A stretch of 64,000 nt of DNA from Octopus sinensis (GCF_006345805.1 NC_043018.1:26040001-26104000), one strand, 5' to 3'. Shown: positions 47,810 through 61,145, numbered from the stretch's first letter. The notes: generated from the letters alone by a model not told the origin. Numbers and translations: made by a program.

Positions 47810-48105
47810 TGCTGGCACTAATCACGGTGGCACGTAAAAAGCACCCGTGCTGGTGGCATGTAAAAAGCACCATCCGATCGTGGCCGTTTGCCAGCCTCGT
47901 CTGGCACCTATGCCAGTGGCACATAAAAAGCACCCACTACACTCACGGAGTGGTTGGCGTTAGGAAGGGCATCCAGCCGTAGAAACATTGCCAGGTCAGA
48001 CTGGGCCTGGTGCAGCCTTCTGGCTTCCCAGACTCCAATTGAACCGTCCAACCCATGCTAGCATGGAAAGCAGACGCTAAACGATGATGATGATGATGAT
48101 GATGC
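47810..48105 (+). mobile_element. SINE family C
   Basis: Family consensus with (GAT)n tail. Confidence 0.9.
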
Positions 48106-48261
48106 ATTATCTTGTAGTTATGAGATTTTGATGGGATAGCTGTTAATTTTTAAAACGATATTGTAGGGTTGGTGTGAGAGATCAGATATGGCCAGTTTGA
48201 ACATAAAACAAGCAGAATTACTTTTGGCCGGATATGGCCAGTTTAAATGCTAAAAGGTTAA

Positions 48262-48725
48262 TGCCACCATACAACCGCTTTCTCGATCTTGTCTGAGGAC
48301 GTGTCCCATCCAGTTCCGGTGTTTGTGTCTTATTTCATCACTGATCCTGTTGATGCCCTTCATCATCTCAACTGTGTTGTTTCAAGCTCTTTGCAGCCAC
48401 TTGACGTTGAGTATTAGGGTTATCCTTAAGCATGTGAATGGGAAGTTCTCCGTTGTGTTTTTCTTCCATTTTCCTCACGTTCCAGTTTTCACATCCGTAG
48501 AGTAAAACTGGCCAGACCAATGTCTTGAACAGCTGCAGCCTTGTTTTGCGTCCTGTACTTCTGCTCCTCCATACCTTTGTTAGATGGTAAAATGTTCTCC
48601 GGGCTTTGGATATCCTGTTCTTTACATCCTCCACTCTGCCTCTGTATTTCTTGGCCATTCACCCCGAGGTAAACAAATTCTTCGATATCTTTCAGATCAT
48701 GGTTGCTGATTCTTACATGAGGCAT
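48262..48725 (-). mobile_element. RTE-clade LINE reverse-transcriptase C-terminal fragment, frameshifted
   Basis: IEEFVYLG / DVKNRISKARRTFYHLTKVWRS...LFKTLVWPVLLYGCENW. Confidence 0.88.
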
Positions 48726-48939
48726 AAGTAGACAGAGGGAGGATTAGGGTATGTTGTGGGGAGCGATTCAACAGGGATATATTGGGTGCAGATAGGTACA
48801 AGAAGTAGAGTGAAAGGGGAGGGAGAGTATAGCAGTGGAAAGTATGACTGAAGGTGGGTAGGTGTCAGAACGATGGCTTGTGGATGGAGTAGGGGCCATG
48901 GGCATAAAGGACAGCTTTACATACTGGCTTTTACGTAAC

Positions 48940-49180
48940 TGGGCAGGTCTTCTCAAGCACAGTATACACCCAATTGTCTTGGTCATTTGTCATCTCTGTG
49001 AGGGTCAAAGTTTGAAGATCATCTGTCACTATTTCATCTCACATCTTCCAGGGTCTTTATTTTCCTCAGGTTCCCTCCACATCTAGAGATTGACTATTCC
49101 GTATGCAGCCATCCTCATCTGTTCACACCACATGACCATACCAGTGCTGTCTTGGGTTCCTCTCTCATTAGTCTCATGCT
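48940..49180 (-). mobile_element. Degenerate RTE LINE 3' end
   Basis: WYGHVV*TDEDGCIRNSQSLDVEG...DDLQTLTLTEMTNDQDNW pattern. Confidence 0.65.
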
Positions 49181-49251
49181 TGAAAAGCCTGACAGACACC
49201 AGTGCCAGTCTGTTTAGTCAATACCATTAATCAGCTGGTACTTATTACTAT

Positions 49252-49490
49252 AAGGCAGCGAACTGGCAGAAACATTTGCATTCCGGGCGAAATGCTTAGC
49301 GGTATTTCGTCTGCCATTACATTCTGAGTTCAAATTCCGCCGAGGTCGACTTTGCCTTTCACCCTTTCGGGGTCAATTAAATAAGTACCAGTTACGCACT
49401 GGGGGTCGATATAATCGACTTAATCCGTTTGTCTGTCTTTGTTTGTCCTCTCTGTGTTTAGCCCCTTGTGGGTAGTAAAGAAATAGGTAT
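49252..49490 (+). mobile_element. SINE family B
   Basis: Family consensus. Confidence 0.9.
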
Positions 49491-49619
49491 TTATTAGGAA
49501 TGAAAGATGCACTTGACCCTGGTGGGATTTGAACTCAGAATGTAAAGAGTGGCAACTATACACTACAAGATGGTTTGTTTGATAGTCTAATGATTCTGAA
49601 AGTCCAGCAGCTACACACT

Positions 49620-49945
49620 GGCACTCCATTGGTTATGACGACAAGGGTTCCAGTTGATCCAATCAACGGAATAGCCTGCTTCTGAAATAAACATGGAAGT
49701 GGGTGAACACTTCACAGACAAATGTATCCTTAATATATATCACAGAGAGATTCAACGTGACACGGGGTGTGACAAGGCTGGCCCCTTTTTGAAATATAGG
49801 TACAACTCATTTTTGCCTGCTGAGTGGACTGGGGCGACATGAAATTAAGTGTCTTGCTCAAGTACACAATGTGCCACCAGGAACTGAACTCATGGCCTTA
49901 CAGTTGTGAGCTGGAAACCTTAACCACTAAGCCACGTGCCTTCAC
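49620..49945 (-). mobile_element. SINE family F
   Basis: aagtgtcttgctcaag motif; homologous to 61715-61970. Confidence 0.75.
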
Positions 49946-50499
49946 AGCAGCTAAATAATTGCATTACTAATCAGTTTAATAATTGAATTCATATAAAGCA
50001 CAAAATAATGTAGAATATATTAATAACATTTTCTCTTCTCTTTGTAGTATTTATATTACCGAGAATAATTGATGAGAAAGAACCGTTTGTTTTTTTTTTG
50101 TTTTTTTTTCGGTGTATCTAGTAAACATGCTGTCGTTACACCAATGAATAGTCATTGAACATTTATACAATTTCATATTCCCCATAGATTTATTATTTTA
50201 CATATTGCAATATTAACCTATATGCCTATGAAAATGTCTGTAAATACTCAGAAATGTTAGTATAAAATTACAGTCAACAGCAGCAGCAACTCATCGAGCT
50301 TGTTTGAGTTTGTTTGACATGGTCTCACACCACAGCCATCCCTGTCTCTCGTGTTGCATTGAGGAGGTCACCAAAGAGCTGGTCACTGAAGACTTTGGCC
50401 GGATCATTTGGCACTTGTGTTATCTTTGTCAGGATGCCCTTGGGAGAGTATCACTGATGAGGACTTGCTTAACTCTTCAGCTCTGTCCTGCAAAATGTA

Positions 50500-50750
50500 T
50501 TATCTCCCTTTCTCTCTGTAACTCTCTCTTCCTCTCCTTCACTTTCTCTTTCTGTATCTCTTTAACTCTCTCTTTCTCTCTCTTTCTTGCATTCTTGCTT
50601 TCTCTCTCACTCTTTAATTCTTTTTCTTCTCCCTTTCTCTTGCTCTTTCACTTTCTTTCTCTCTTTCTTTCACTCTTTTTCTCTCTTCTCTTTCTTTCTG
50701 TCATTCTCCTTCTCTCTCATTCTGCCTCCTTTTTTTCTTTCTCTCTCTCA
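50500..50750. repeat. (CT)/(CTTT) pyrimidine-rich low-complexity tract
   Basis: Direct reading; source of the 201-aa ORF. Confidence 0.95.
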
Positions 50751-51435
50751 TGCCATTCAACTTTTCCTTTTGATCAGCTGCTCTTTACAGCAAGACCCTC
50801 AGAACTACTCATACACATCAGTGCTATCTGGGCAGTTCCCTGGGGGCCTCATGGAATAAATACTACAGGGCCTGGTACATTGATTAGCCCAGGGTCCTCA
50901 CAGGTCTAAGAGCCCATTTCTTACCTATGTATTCAGTTGCTTGCAGTCAGTAAACAAATACTACAGATCCCAGTAAATACTGACCTGCCCCGTGCCCTCA
51001 TGTGCCTTAGGCCCCAGTGCTGATCTATGTATGAGGTAGCTTGTTGTCAATAAACAAAACTATAAAGCACAATGCAATGATTTACCCTGGGGCCTATAAT
51101 GCTGCTAAGACAGCTCTGCATAGCATGTGGGTCTAAGTGCCATTGACTGTTGCCACCAGTGTCAAAGCAGTGGACTTGTTCAATATAGTCTGTATCAGCT
51201 TTAGAAAAGCTTGCCTTCAGGTCACCAGACTCCAAGAGCAGCCCATGTTTTCTATGAGACAAATTTTCACATCCTTTTCTGTGCACTGTTACTTTTTACT
51301 GGTAAGAAGTTTGCTTCCCAACCACATGGTTATGGGTTCAATATCATTGTGTGGCATCTTGGGCAAGTGTCTCCTATAGCATCAGGCCAGCCAAAACCTT
51401 GTGAGTGGATTTAATAGATGGAAGCTGAAAGAAGC

Positions 51436-51471
<36 letters not shown>

Positions 51472-51474
<3 letters not shown>

Positions 51475-51682
51475 CCTTCTTGCCCACAAAGGGCTAAACA
51501 TAGAGGGTACAAACAAGGACAGACAGGGATTAAATCTATTACACCGACTCCAGTGCGTAACTGGTACTTATCTAATCGACCCCGAAAGATGAAAGGCAAA
51601 GTTAAACTTGGCGGAATTTGAACTCAGGACTTAAAGACAGACAAATACTGCTAAGCATTTCACCCAGCATGCTAACGTTTCT
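51472..51682 (-). mobile_element. SINE family B
   Basis: Family consensus. Confidence 0.85.
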
Positions 51683-52204
51683 GTGTGTGTGTGTGTAACA
51701 ATATGCTATTTTGTAAAATGACCTGCCTTTTACACAAAAGGTTTTTAGGAAATATTCACTCTGAAATTGGGTTTAATTCCGGGAAAACTTTCAATATGTG
51801 AAAAAGCCATTGATTTTTACTTTCCCAGTCTGTTTGTCTGTCTTTCTGTCTCTTCCTCCTTCTCTCTCTCTCTCCCCCTCGATATATAGGTGTGTCTGTG
51901 TGATAAGAAGCTTGCTTCCCAACTACATGATTCAGGGTTCAGTCCCACTGCTTGGCACCTTACTTTAAAAGAAACTTAGTACTGGGGTCGATTTCTTGAA
52001 CTAAAATTCTTTAAAGTTGTGCCCCAGCATGGACGCAATCTAATGACAAAAACAAGTAAAAGATAAAAAACAGTTTATAGATTTTACTAGGTTTGTTCGA
52101 ATGCATTTATTGAGTCTTCCTGCAGCAAAAATTAACTTATATATGTATACTAAAAGAAAAAAAATATATAGAAACTCTGTAAATGTTGTTTAACCTTTTC
52201 AACC

Positions 52205-52284
52205 CGGAATTTTTTGGTTAAGAGCACGGGCTACTAAGCCCAAGACTCTGAGTTTGATTCCAGGCGGTGACCTGAATAATAATG

Positions 52285-52323
<39 letters not shown>

Positions 52324-52505
52324 TTGAAAAATACCTTAGGAATGAGAATCCAGGTTCGAAATTTCCCCCAAGACACCTGATGAAGGCTGGAGGGTATATC
52401 AGCTGAAATATTGTGTTAACAACAAACAAGATGAGGACAAATATCCGTCAAATGTAAATAATGTAAATAATGTATATAATTCCTCATCTCTTAAATATAG
52501 AACTG
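52205..52505 (+). mobile_element. Composite repeat: tRNA-like head, (TAA)n, hammerhead-bearing segment
   Basis: ggttaagagcacgggctactaagccc...gagtttgattcc head; (TAA)n 52276-52322. Confidence 0.65.
52372..52417 (+). ncRNA. Minimal type I hammerhead-like motif, canonical CUGAUGA core, CpG-decayed
   Basis: GACAC-CTGATGA-A-GGCTG-GAGGGTATAT-CAGCT-GAAAT-ATT-GTGTT. Confidence 0.55.
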
Positions 52506-52589
52506 AATTTCTTCTCAAGTCAGTATTGGTAGGGTGTTTGTACACATGTGAGCCTTTTGATCTGTCATCGTAATGTTATATACTACATT

Positions 52590-53045
52590 AAGGTAACAAG
52601 CTGGCAAAGTCGTTAGCACGCTGGGTGAAATGCTTAGTGGTATTTCATCTGTCTTCGTGTTCTCAGTTCAAATGCTAACGGGGTTGACTTTGCCTTTCAT
52701 CCATAAATTAAGTACCTATGTCTTTTCTACCCACAAGGGGCTAAACACAGAGGGGACAAACAAGGACAGACAAATGGATTAAGTTGATTACATTGACCCC
52801 AGTGTGTAACTGGTACTTAATTTATCGACCCCCGAAAGGATGAAAGGCAAAGTCGACCTTGGCGGAATTTGAACACTGAACGTAACAGCAGACGAAATAC
52901 GGCTACGCATTTCGCCCAGTGTGCTAACGTTTCTGCCAGCTCGCTGCCTTCATAAATTAAGTACCAGTTATGCACTGGGGTTGATATAATCGACTTGTCC
53001 ACCCTCCCCAAAAAATTCAGGTTTTATACCTATAGTAGAAAGGAT
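52590..53045. mobile_element. Rearranged SINE family B cluster (+/-/+)
   Basis: Plus 52590-52710, minus 52725-52950, plus 52955-53045. Confidence 0.8.
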
Positions 53046-53234
53046 TATAGTGTTATACACTCTAATAGTATGTCTGGCGCTACATACTTACCAGGAAAAC
53101 CAGAGTGGTACTATACAGCATTACATAAAATGGGAATTTTAAAGATTTGGGTTGTGAACTATTTGACTGGTACAAATAAGTACCAGCCGGACCAAAAGGG
53201 TTAAATAGCAACCATGATTCTTCCACAATGTCAT

Positions 53235-53620
53235 TCATCATCATCATCATCATTTAACGTCCGTTTTCCATGCTAGCATGGGTTGGACGGTTTTGACTGA
53301 GGGCTGGCAACCAGATGGCTGCACCAGGCTCCAGTCTTGATCTGGCAGAGTTTCTACAGCTGGATGCCCTTCCTAACGCCAACCACTCCGAGAGTGTAGT
53401 AGGTACTTTTTACATGCCACCTGCATGGGGGCCAGTCAGGCGGTACTGGCAATGACCTCGCTTGAATCTTATTACACGTGCCACTGACACAGGTGCCAGT
53501 GAAGCAACGTTGGTAACGATCACATTCGAATGGTGCCCTTTTACGTGCCATGGGTGCGGAAGCCAGTTGGCTGCTCTGGCAATGATCACAATGATCACAC
53601 TCGGATGGTGTTCTTGGCAC
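53235..53620 (-). mobile_element. SINE family C
   Basis: Family consensus. Confidence 0.88.
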
Positions 53621-54069
53621 CCTACTATGTCATTCTTTGAATTTTCTCACAGAATCTCTGGTGAAGTCATAGGTGTAGGCATGGCTGTATGATCAGGAAG
53701 TTTGCCTTCAAACCACATGGTTTTGGGTTCAGTCTTAGTGCATGGCACCTTGGTCAAGTGTGTTTTACTATAGCCCAGGACTGATTTATTTTTGTAGAAT
53801 TTTCGTTGCGTCTTGCAACCTTTTCAACAGTTTTGACTCTAAAACTATTGAAAAGGTTGCAAGATGCAACGGAAGTTTTCGAAAAATAAAAAAAGAAATA
53901 AGTGGAAATTTTACCAGTGAGTGTGTTAAATTATAAGGCACCAAAAGAGAATGACCCTCCCCAGACACAACAGAATATGCTTCAACACACGAACTCACAT
54001 AAGGAATCTTGCAAACCAAATCCAAAAACAAAATATATATGTTTATGTGTGTGCGTGTATACTCTCTTT

Positions 54070-54478
54070 TTCTCTCTTTTTTTTACTTGTTTCATTCATT
54101 TGACTGTGGCCATGCTGGAGCACCACCTTTAGTCGAGCAAATCGACCCCGGGACTTATTCTTTTGTAAGCCCAGTACTTATTCTATGGGTCTCTTTGGCC
54201 GAACCGCTAAGTAACGGGGACATAAACACACCAGCATTGGTTGTCAAGCAATGCTAGGGGGACAAACACAGACACACAAACACACACACGCATATATATA
54301 TATATACATATATACGACGGCCTTCTTTCAGTTTCCGTCTACCAAATCCACTCACAAGGCATTGGTCGGCCCGGGGCCATAGCCAAAGATGCTTGCCCAA
54401 GATGCCACGCAGTGGGACTGAACCCGGAAGCATGAGGTTGGTTAGCAAGCTACTTACCACACAGCCACTCCTGCGCCT
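54070..54478 (-). mobile_element. SINE family A, full length, young
   Basis: CpG-rich, close to consensus. Confidence 0.92.
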
Positions 54479-55334
54479 ATAATTATATATATAAATTTAT
54501 ATATTCATACAAGCATGCATATCTATATAGCTGTATTTGCATATAACTACCAACTTCTTTCTATCCAGCCATTTCCATTCATTCAGCTAATCATTCATTT
54601 ATTCATCAATTTATTAGGATAATATCTTAAATATGTCGACGCTATTGTGACTATTGAGATATGCTTCAATGTTATTTTCTTCTTGGAATAACATAAAAAA
54701 CAAACTATGAAGTGACAATGTTACACTGCTATTGTTTGTGTGATTAATGTCTGGCTGCTTATAGCCACCGGACATTAAGAAAGTTTTATAGTTTAATTGA
54801 GGACTAATTTCTGTTACGTGCCTACATCTGCAATGGTGGAGCCATTAGAATATCAGGCAAAATGTTTGAGTTTTTTTTGTTCTAGCTCTTTGCATTTTGA
54901 GTTCGAAATCAACTTTGTCTTTCATCCCTTCTGGGGTCAGTGAAATAAGATGTTAATCAAGCAGTGGCGGGAAGTATGGGGTGTGTGTGATGTAATTAAG
55001 AAACCGTTATATGTTTTTATAACCATTTGTGTGGTAAGTAGCTTGCTTACTTACCATATGGTTCCGGGTTGTCCCACTGCATGCTTGAGAAAACTCGTCA
55101 AGCCAAGCGAAACTGTAGTCATGGCTGTTGCCAGTGTCATGTTAATGGCTTCTGTGAAATTGAAGATTTGGCAGTTGCATATGATGGTGATAATAATGAT
55201 AATGCTGATTATTTATGTACTGAGGCCTGAAACTTGTTCTGAAATGATGGACCTGTGCATTTCAATTAATTATGAAAATACTCAGGAATTTGACAAAATT
55301 TAACTTTGTCCTTATTAAGCTGACGTTTAGAATA

Positions 55335-55702
55335 TAAACTCAAGTGCACTCAGAGAGTGCAAACCTCCACCAAAGCAACACCAACGTCCTCTCAACGATT
55401 AGCCAAAGGTGATTTTTAAAATGAGAATATCTGAAATAAACTCGAATGCTCTCGCAAACGAGAATACTAAAAATGAACCTGACTGCTTCAAAATATTAAG
55501 TAAAAAAGCAGAGAAAATAATCCAGAATCCTTGTCCAGTATCAGATCAATCCCAAAATCTAATCAGTTTGTGCCTGTCATGAGGCCAAACATCCCTGAAA
55601 GCTTCATCTGTATCCATCCAGTGGTTCTTGAGATATCTTGTCCATGGATAAACAAATGCGTTTGAAAACAATACCTCTGCCTTCACTAAGGTGGAGGTCA
55701 TA
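55335..55702 (+). mobile_element. Helentron/HINE-like non-autonomous element
   Basis: 5' subterminal acctccaccaaag echoed in the 3' stem-loop acctctgccttcactaaggtggaggt, followed by cataa. Confidence 0.6.
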
Positions 55703-57013
55703 AAAACAGTCATACATAATATTATATTGGAAAGTTTCAATTTAAATACCAACTCTTTAAAGTATGGGCGGGTAGTTTTATCATAGGACCAAAGGGCAGT
55801 CTCAGGCAAGTTTGTATCAGAAGGGTTAAAATATCTGTTTGGCTGCACCTGTGAAAATTTTAAAATTTGGTATATTGATGTAATTTTCCACGTTGAATCT
55901 CAGGAGATAAATGACGTTTTCCAGAAAAATCTTAAAAAAAAAGAAGAAATTTACAGAGGTTTAAAGTTTGATCATTTTTACCTTGTCAGAAAACAGGATT
56001 TGGAAACAGGTGCCTATTTGACTGTGGTTTTTGATTGGCTAAAATTACTCTAAATTTGCAAACTTTAAAAGCTATTAACTCTTTATTTATTGATTTATGG
56101 CAAAGACGAATTCCATGTCAATTATTGCTTTACAAAACTACACCAATACACCAAATATGAAATCAATTGAAACAAAAATTGAAGAAATTGAAAAGTGGCA
56201 ACCAAACAGAAAAAAATCCAAATATCTGATTTGAAAATCAGAATGAAAGAGAGTGAGGAGCAGGTGTTCTATTGTGTAACCAGTTTCAGAATAGCTCAGC
56301 AGGTAGTAAATAGGTGCTTGCTTTTTTTAAGAGTTCCCTTAATGGCTTTTTTCTCTTCTCTGTCTCAAAAACTGGTGCTTAAAATATCTAATATCTCTTT
56401 GTATAGATGCAGGAGTGGCTGTGTGGTAAATAGCTTGCTTACCAACCACATGGGCAATACGTGGGGTGGTGGCTAAGGTGTTGCAACAGCCAAGCGCCCT
56501 CACAGGTATCACCCAACTCCTCAGTAAAGCAAGCTGCCAACAATGACAAGAACTTCACCATTAGTGGCCCAGTCCCCTCAAATATCTCAAAATAGAGATA
56601 GTTCACTGCCAGGTCCCGATGCTTCAGGGTTTTGTACTGTTTTGAATTAATCATGCATTATATCTTAGCTTTGAGATTTCAACGATGTGACTGTTTATTT
56701 TTAGAATGACATTGTAGGTTAGGAGTGAGAGACTGGATCTGGATGGTTAGGACTTAGAACATGTAGAACCTTTGAGCTGGGCATGGCCAGTTTAAATCTT
56801 AAATGGCAATTGCATTGATCTCATCTGACTTTGAGGGAGTGTGCAGTCTAAGGGCAGTGACCCTTACTGCAGACTGAATCATTAAAATGTCCAACTTTAT
56901 TGCAATTTTATTCTCAAGGTTAAAAGTTTTATGACAGCCAACAAGTTACTTAATTGAGAATCATTTCTACAACATAACTTATTACTTATCAACAGCTGGT
57001 GTATGTGTTCTCA

Positions 57014-57082
<69 letters not shown>

Positions 57083-57229
57083 GAAATTATTGTATACAGT
57101 GCTCAGGTGCACCACAACTTGTCAGAAAGTGCGTATAAAGTATATGCAGTAATGTACAAATGTCTGGAAAGCGAACAATGTATGAGTCAGATACATGCTT
57201 GTGTGTGTATGGAGGGCATACACACATAT

Positions 57230-57481
57230 TCATGAATGCATACTTATATATATATATATATATGCATAAGTATATATTTATGAATATGTATATATATGTA
57301 TAAGTATACACTTATGAATATATATATCATCATATATATATATATATGCATACACACATACACACACACACACATATTCGTGAATGTATACTTATATATA
57401 TATGCATTTACTATATGCATAAGTATATATTTATGAATATGTATATATATGTATAAGTATATACTTATGATATATATATAT

Positions 57482-57527
<46 letters not shown>

Positions 57528-57680
57528 ATCAATGTAGGGTGGCAAAAAATTTTGTAGAATTTATTATATATATATATATAATATGCACACACATATATAT
57601 ATACATAAATATATACTGATACATATATATGTATACACACACACACACACGTTCATATACACATACATACATACATACAT
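57230..57680. repeat. TA-rich low-complexity block with a duplicated ~150-bp unit
   Basis: catattc.tgaatg.atactta...gcataagtatatatttatgaat at about 57225 and 57374. Confidence 0.9.
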
Positions 57681-57754
57681 GCATATTTCGTTTACTCTTG
57701 CCTTCTGAAGTACATGTGTATGCTTTCGCTAATGCGTTCTTCTGTTCGTAACAG

Positions 57755-57780
57755 AAAAACGTTTTCACAACAGCCGTTCA
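57755..57780 (+). CDS. Candidate 26-nt micro-exon
   Basis: ttcttctgttcgtaacag acceptor, consensus tca|gtaagt donor, all three frames open. Confidence 0.35.
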
Positions 57781-58231
57781 GTAAGTCATTTTTATGCCTC
57801 TTAAAATGTTACGTTGAAGGGAAGATAAATCAATGAAGTTAAGTTTCAGTTTTATAAGCCCGGCACATTAAATACATCACACTCATTAAATATTTACAAG
57901 TCCAACATGTTACCTCTTGTGGCGCGTTACCCACTTAAATTCTATCGATGTTTTTACACATAACTGTACTTTTCTTCTAAAGAATCCACATTTGCATGTC
58001 TTCTTCTCGCCATGGATTATTTTTATTTATTATTTTTTTTTTTTTACTTTTTAGGATTCTTTTTTTTTTTTTTTTGTTCAACCTCTATCTAAAACTTGAA
58101 TAGTTTTAAATTATGAAGTTTTGCAGCAGGAATGTTATTTCTGAGGCTTCTTCTTTGCGTTTGCGTCGGTTTGAAGAAGAAGCTTCTTCGCAAATCTGTT
58201 ATTTTTGATCCTAGTTCCACAGCTATTCTGA

Positions 58232-58835
58232 AAGTTGCTTTAGAAATCTGCAAAATAAAAAAAAATTAAATAAATAAATAAAAGTAAATAAAAAGGTTTC
58301 CCTGGTTTAAGAAAACTAAGTAAAAGAAATTTTTTTTTTTTTTGCAAAAAAGAATATTTCAAAATCGACAATCAAAATTACATTTTATAAGAATTTTGAT
58401 ATGAAAGGATTTACAAAAATGATATATTTGTTAAAAAATTTCTTATATATGAATTTTACTTTTTTTTTTCCTTTTTTATTCTTTTTTTTTTATTGGTTTC
58501 CACATTTCCTTGTGTATTCCACTCTAACTCTCCTATCCATGTAACTTTATCATCTGCAAGTCCTCCTCTACATGGTCTCTTAGCCTGCTAGAAAACAGCA
58601 TCTTATTCCCTCAAGTTGCTTTAGAAATCTGAAAAAAATAAATAAATAAATAAATAATAAATAAAAATAAACGTTTTTTTTCTTTTTTTCTGGATAAGAA
58701 AAACTAAGTAAGCGGATTTTTTTAAAGAGAATATTTCTAAATCGACAATCCAAATTATATATTTCGTAAGAATTCTGATATGAAAGGATTACGAAAATTA
58801 TATATTTGTTAAAAATTTCTTACATCTGAATTCTA
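58232..58835. repeat. Tandem duplication of a ~225-bp AT-rich unit (58232-58460, 58613-58835)
   Basis: Shared gttgctttagaaatctg, aatcgacaatc, tgatatgaaaggatt and tatatttgttaaaaa blocks. Confidence 0.88.
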
Positions 58836-59224
58836 CATATATATATATATTTTTTTGCTTTAATATTCACCTCTACATATTTCCTCTTCTTGCTAGAAAC
58901 CAACATCCTGGTCTCCCTCAAATTACACTCTATGTTTCAAATACTGGTGATGTTCTTAACTGTTATATTGGAATGTAAACATGTTTGCAAATTGTTTTTG
59001 TTACATGTTATTCTGTGTTCTGAATACTTTTATTTTAATAAATGTTGCTTACTGCAAGTTATGGATGATTCTTTTATGACTTCATTGCTTTCAGGCTTAG
59101 CTTAAGGTATTTTCGCTCCCGACATCACAAAATGCATCTGAATAAACATTGCCGGACAGCAAATAGAGACTCGGACATAGCTTAGAAAATATTTTTCATT
59201 TTTAACCTCGTATATAGTACGTAC

Positions 59225-59285
59225 TAGGGATTTTGACCGTTAAATTTTGGGAAAAAATGCGGATTATACTCGAGGATTTACGGTA
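59225..59285. mobile_element. Solo end of a pogo/Tigger-like DNA element
   Basis: aaaatgcggattatactcgaggatttacgg|TA; no matching other end seen in the window. Confidence 0.4.
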
Positions 59286-59309
59286 TGTAGATAGATTAAA
59301 TATATCTGT

Positions 59310-59433
59310 ATGTGTTTATGTGCATTTGTGTATATATATATATATACATATATATATTTATATACATATTATATATATATATATATTACATATATATATA
59401 TATATACATAGATATATTATATATATATTATAT

Positions 59434-59464
<31 letters not shown>

Positions 59465-59574
59465 TAAATATTATATATATACATATACATATCTATACAT
59501 ACATATATATATATATATATATACATACTATATATACATACAGATATATACATACATATATATATATATCATAT

Positions 59575-59643
<69 letters not shown>

Positions 59644-59655
59644 CAATTAATATAT

Positions 59656-59687
<32 letters not shown>

Positions 59688-60048
59688 CCCACACACACAC
59701 ACCACATATATATATTACATACAAACACCCACACATAATATATATATACATACACACACACCACACATATATCGATATATACATACACACACACACATAA
59801 TATATATTACATCACACACACAATATATATATATATACATACACACACCACACATATATATATATACATACACACCACACATATATATATATATACATAC
59901 ACACAACAAAACATATATATATATACATACTACAACACACACATATATATTAATATATACATACACACACACACATATATATATATACATACACACCACA
60001 CACATATATATATATACATACACACACCACATATATATATATATACAT

Positions 60049-60079
<31 letters not shown>

Positions 60080-60198
60080 CATACACCCACATATATATAT
60101 ATATATATACATACACACATATATATATATATATACATACCCACACCATATATATATATACTACACACACATACACACATATATATATATATATACAT

Positions 60199-60229
<31 letters not shown>

Positions 60230-60232
60230 CAT

Positions 60233-60266
<34 letters not shown>

Positions 60267-60285
60267 ACACACATATATATATATG

Positions 60286-60320
<35 letters not shown>
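59310..60320. repeat. ~1-kb (TA)/(CA) compound microsatellite
   Basis: Direct reading. Confidence 0.97.
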
Positions 60321-60321
<1 letters not shown>

Positions 60322-60322
<1 letters not shown>

Positions 60323-60485
60323 CGATGGGCTTCTTTCAGTTTCCTTCTACCAAATATGCTTATAAGACTTTGGTCAGCCTGAGGCTAGAGTAGAAGACAC
60401 TTGCCCAAGGAGCCATGCAGTGGGACTGAAACCCGGAACCATGTGGTTGGGAAGCAAACTTCTTACCACACAGCCACGCCTGTGC
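60322..60485 (-). mobile_element. SINE family A, 5' half
   Basis: Family consensus. Confidence 0.88.
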
Positions 60486-60937
60486 CTGTATAGTTATAAT
60501 GAATATTATTCTTCAAAGCGAATAATTATCATCATCACCATCATACATTCATTTTCCATGTTGGCATGTGTTGGGCAGCAGTTTGGCAGGAGTTGGCCAG
60601 TCAGAGGAAATATGCCAAGCTCTGCTGTTACCGTTGGCATGGTTTCTACAGCTGGATACCATTCCTAATGCCAACCACTCAAAAGAGTTTAGAATGTACA
60701 TCTATATGCTAAAACATTTTCCAGGGGCGCTTTTATTTCCTCTCTATTTTATTTCATTTTAATTTACTTTTTTGAAAGGAAGAATTAGGCTAACCACAAT
60801 AATGGTTTCAGTTATAGCTTTCAAGGATCGATCACTGCTTCACTGAATTTCTGACCATGAGTGTGACTAGAAGGTGTCTGGTGAAACATGCACGCATGCA
60901 CACACACACACACACGTATATGTGTTGTATATATTTG

Positions 60938-60970
<33 letters not shown>

Positions 60971-60972
60971 AG

Positions 60973-60999
<27 letters not shown>

Positions 61000-61007
<8 letters not shown>

Positions 61008-61145
61008 AAGGGAAAGTTTACGAAAATAAACAAAAGACGAAGGCAGGTGGTGTACAAACAAACAAATGTATTAGTATAGTGCTCAGGAATAGAAAAAGTC
61101 TTTTACGTCTCGAGCCTACGCTCTTCGACAGAAGATACACAGAAA

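Noticed and set aside
50304-50909. 201-aa ORF with hydrophobic S/L/F stretch
   Set aside because: Read-through of a decayed LINE end plus a (CT)n tract, not a membrane protein
56090-56270. Coiled-coil-like frames (KSIETKIEEIEKW / KIQISDLKIRMKESEEQ)
   Set aside because: Joining them needs a frameshift in an A-run, there is no polypyrimidine acceptor, and the composition follows from A-richness
57870-58016. KCGFFRRK integrin-alpha-like motif on the minus strand
   Set aside because: No preceding transmembrane segment and no acceptor AG before the motif; upstream sequence is poly-A
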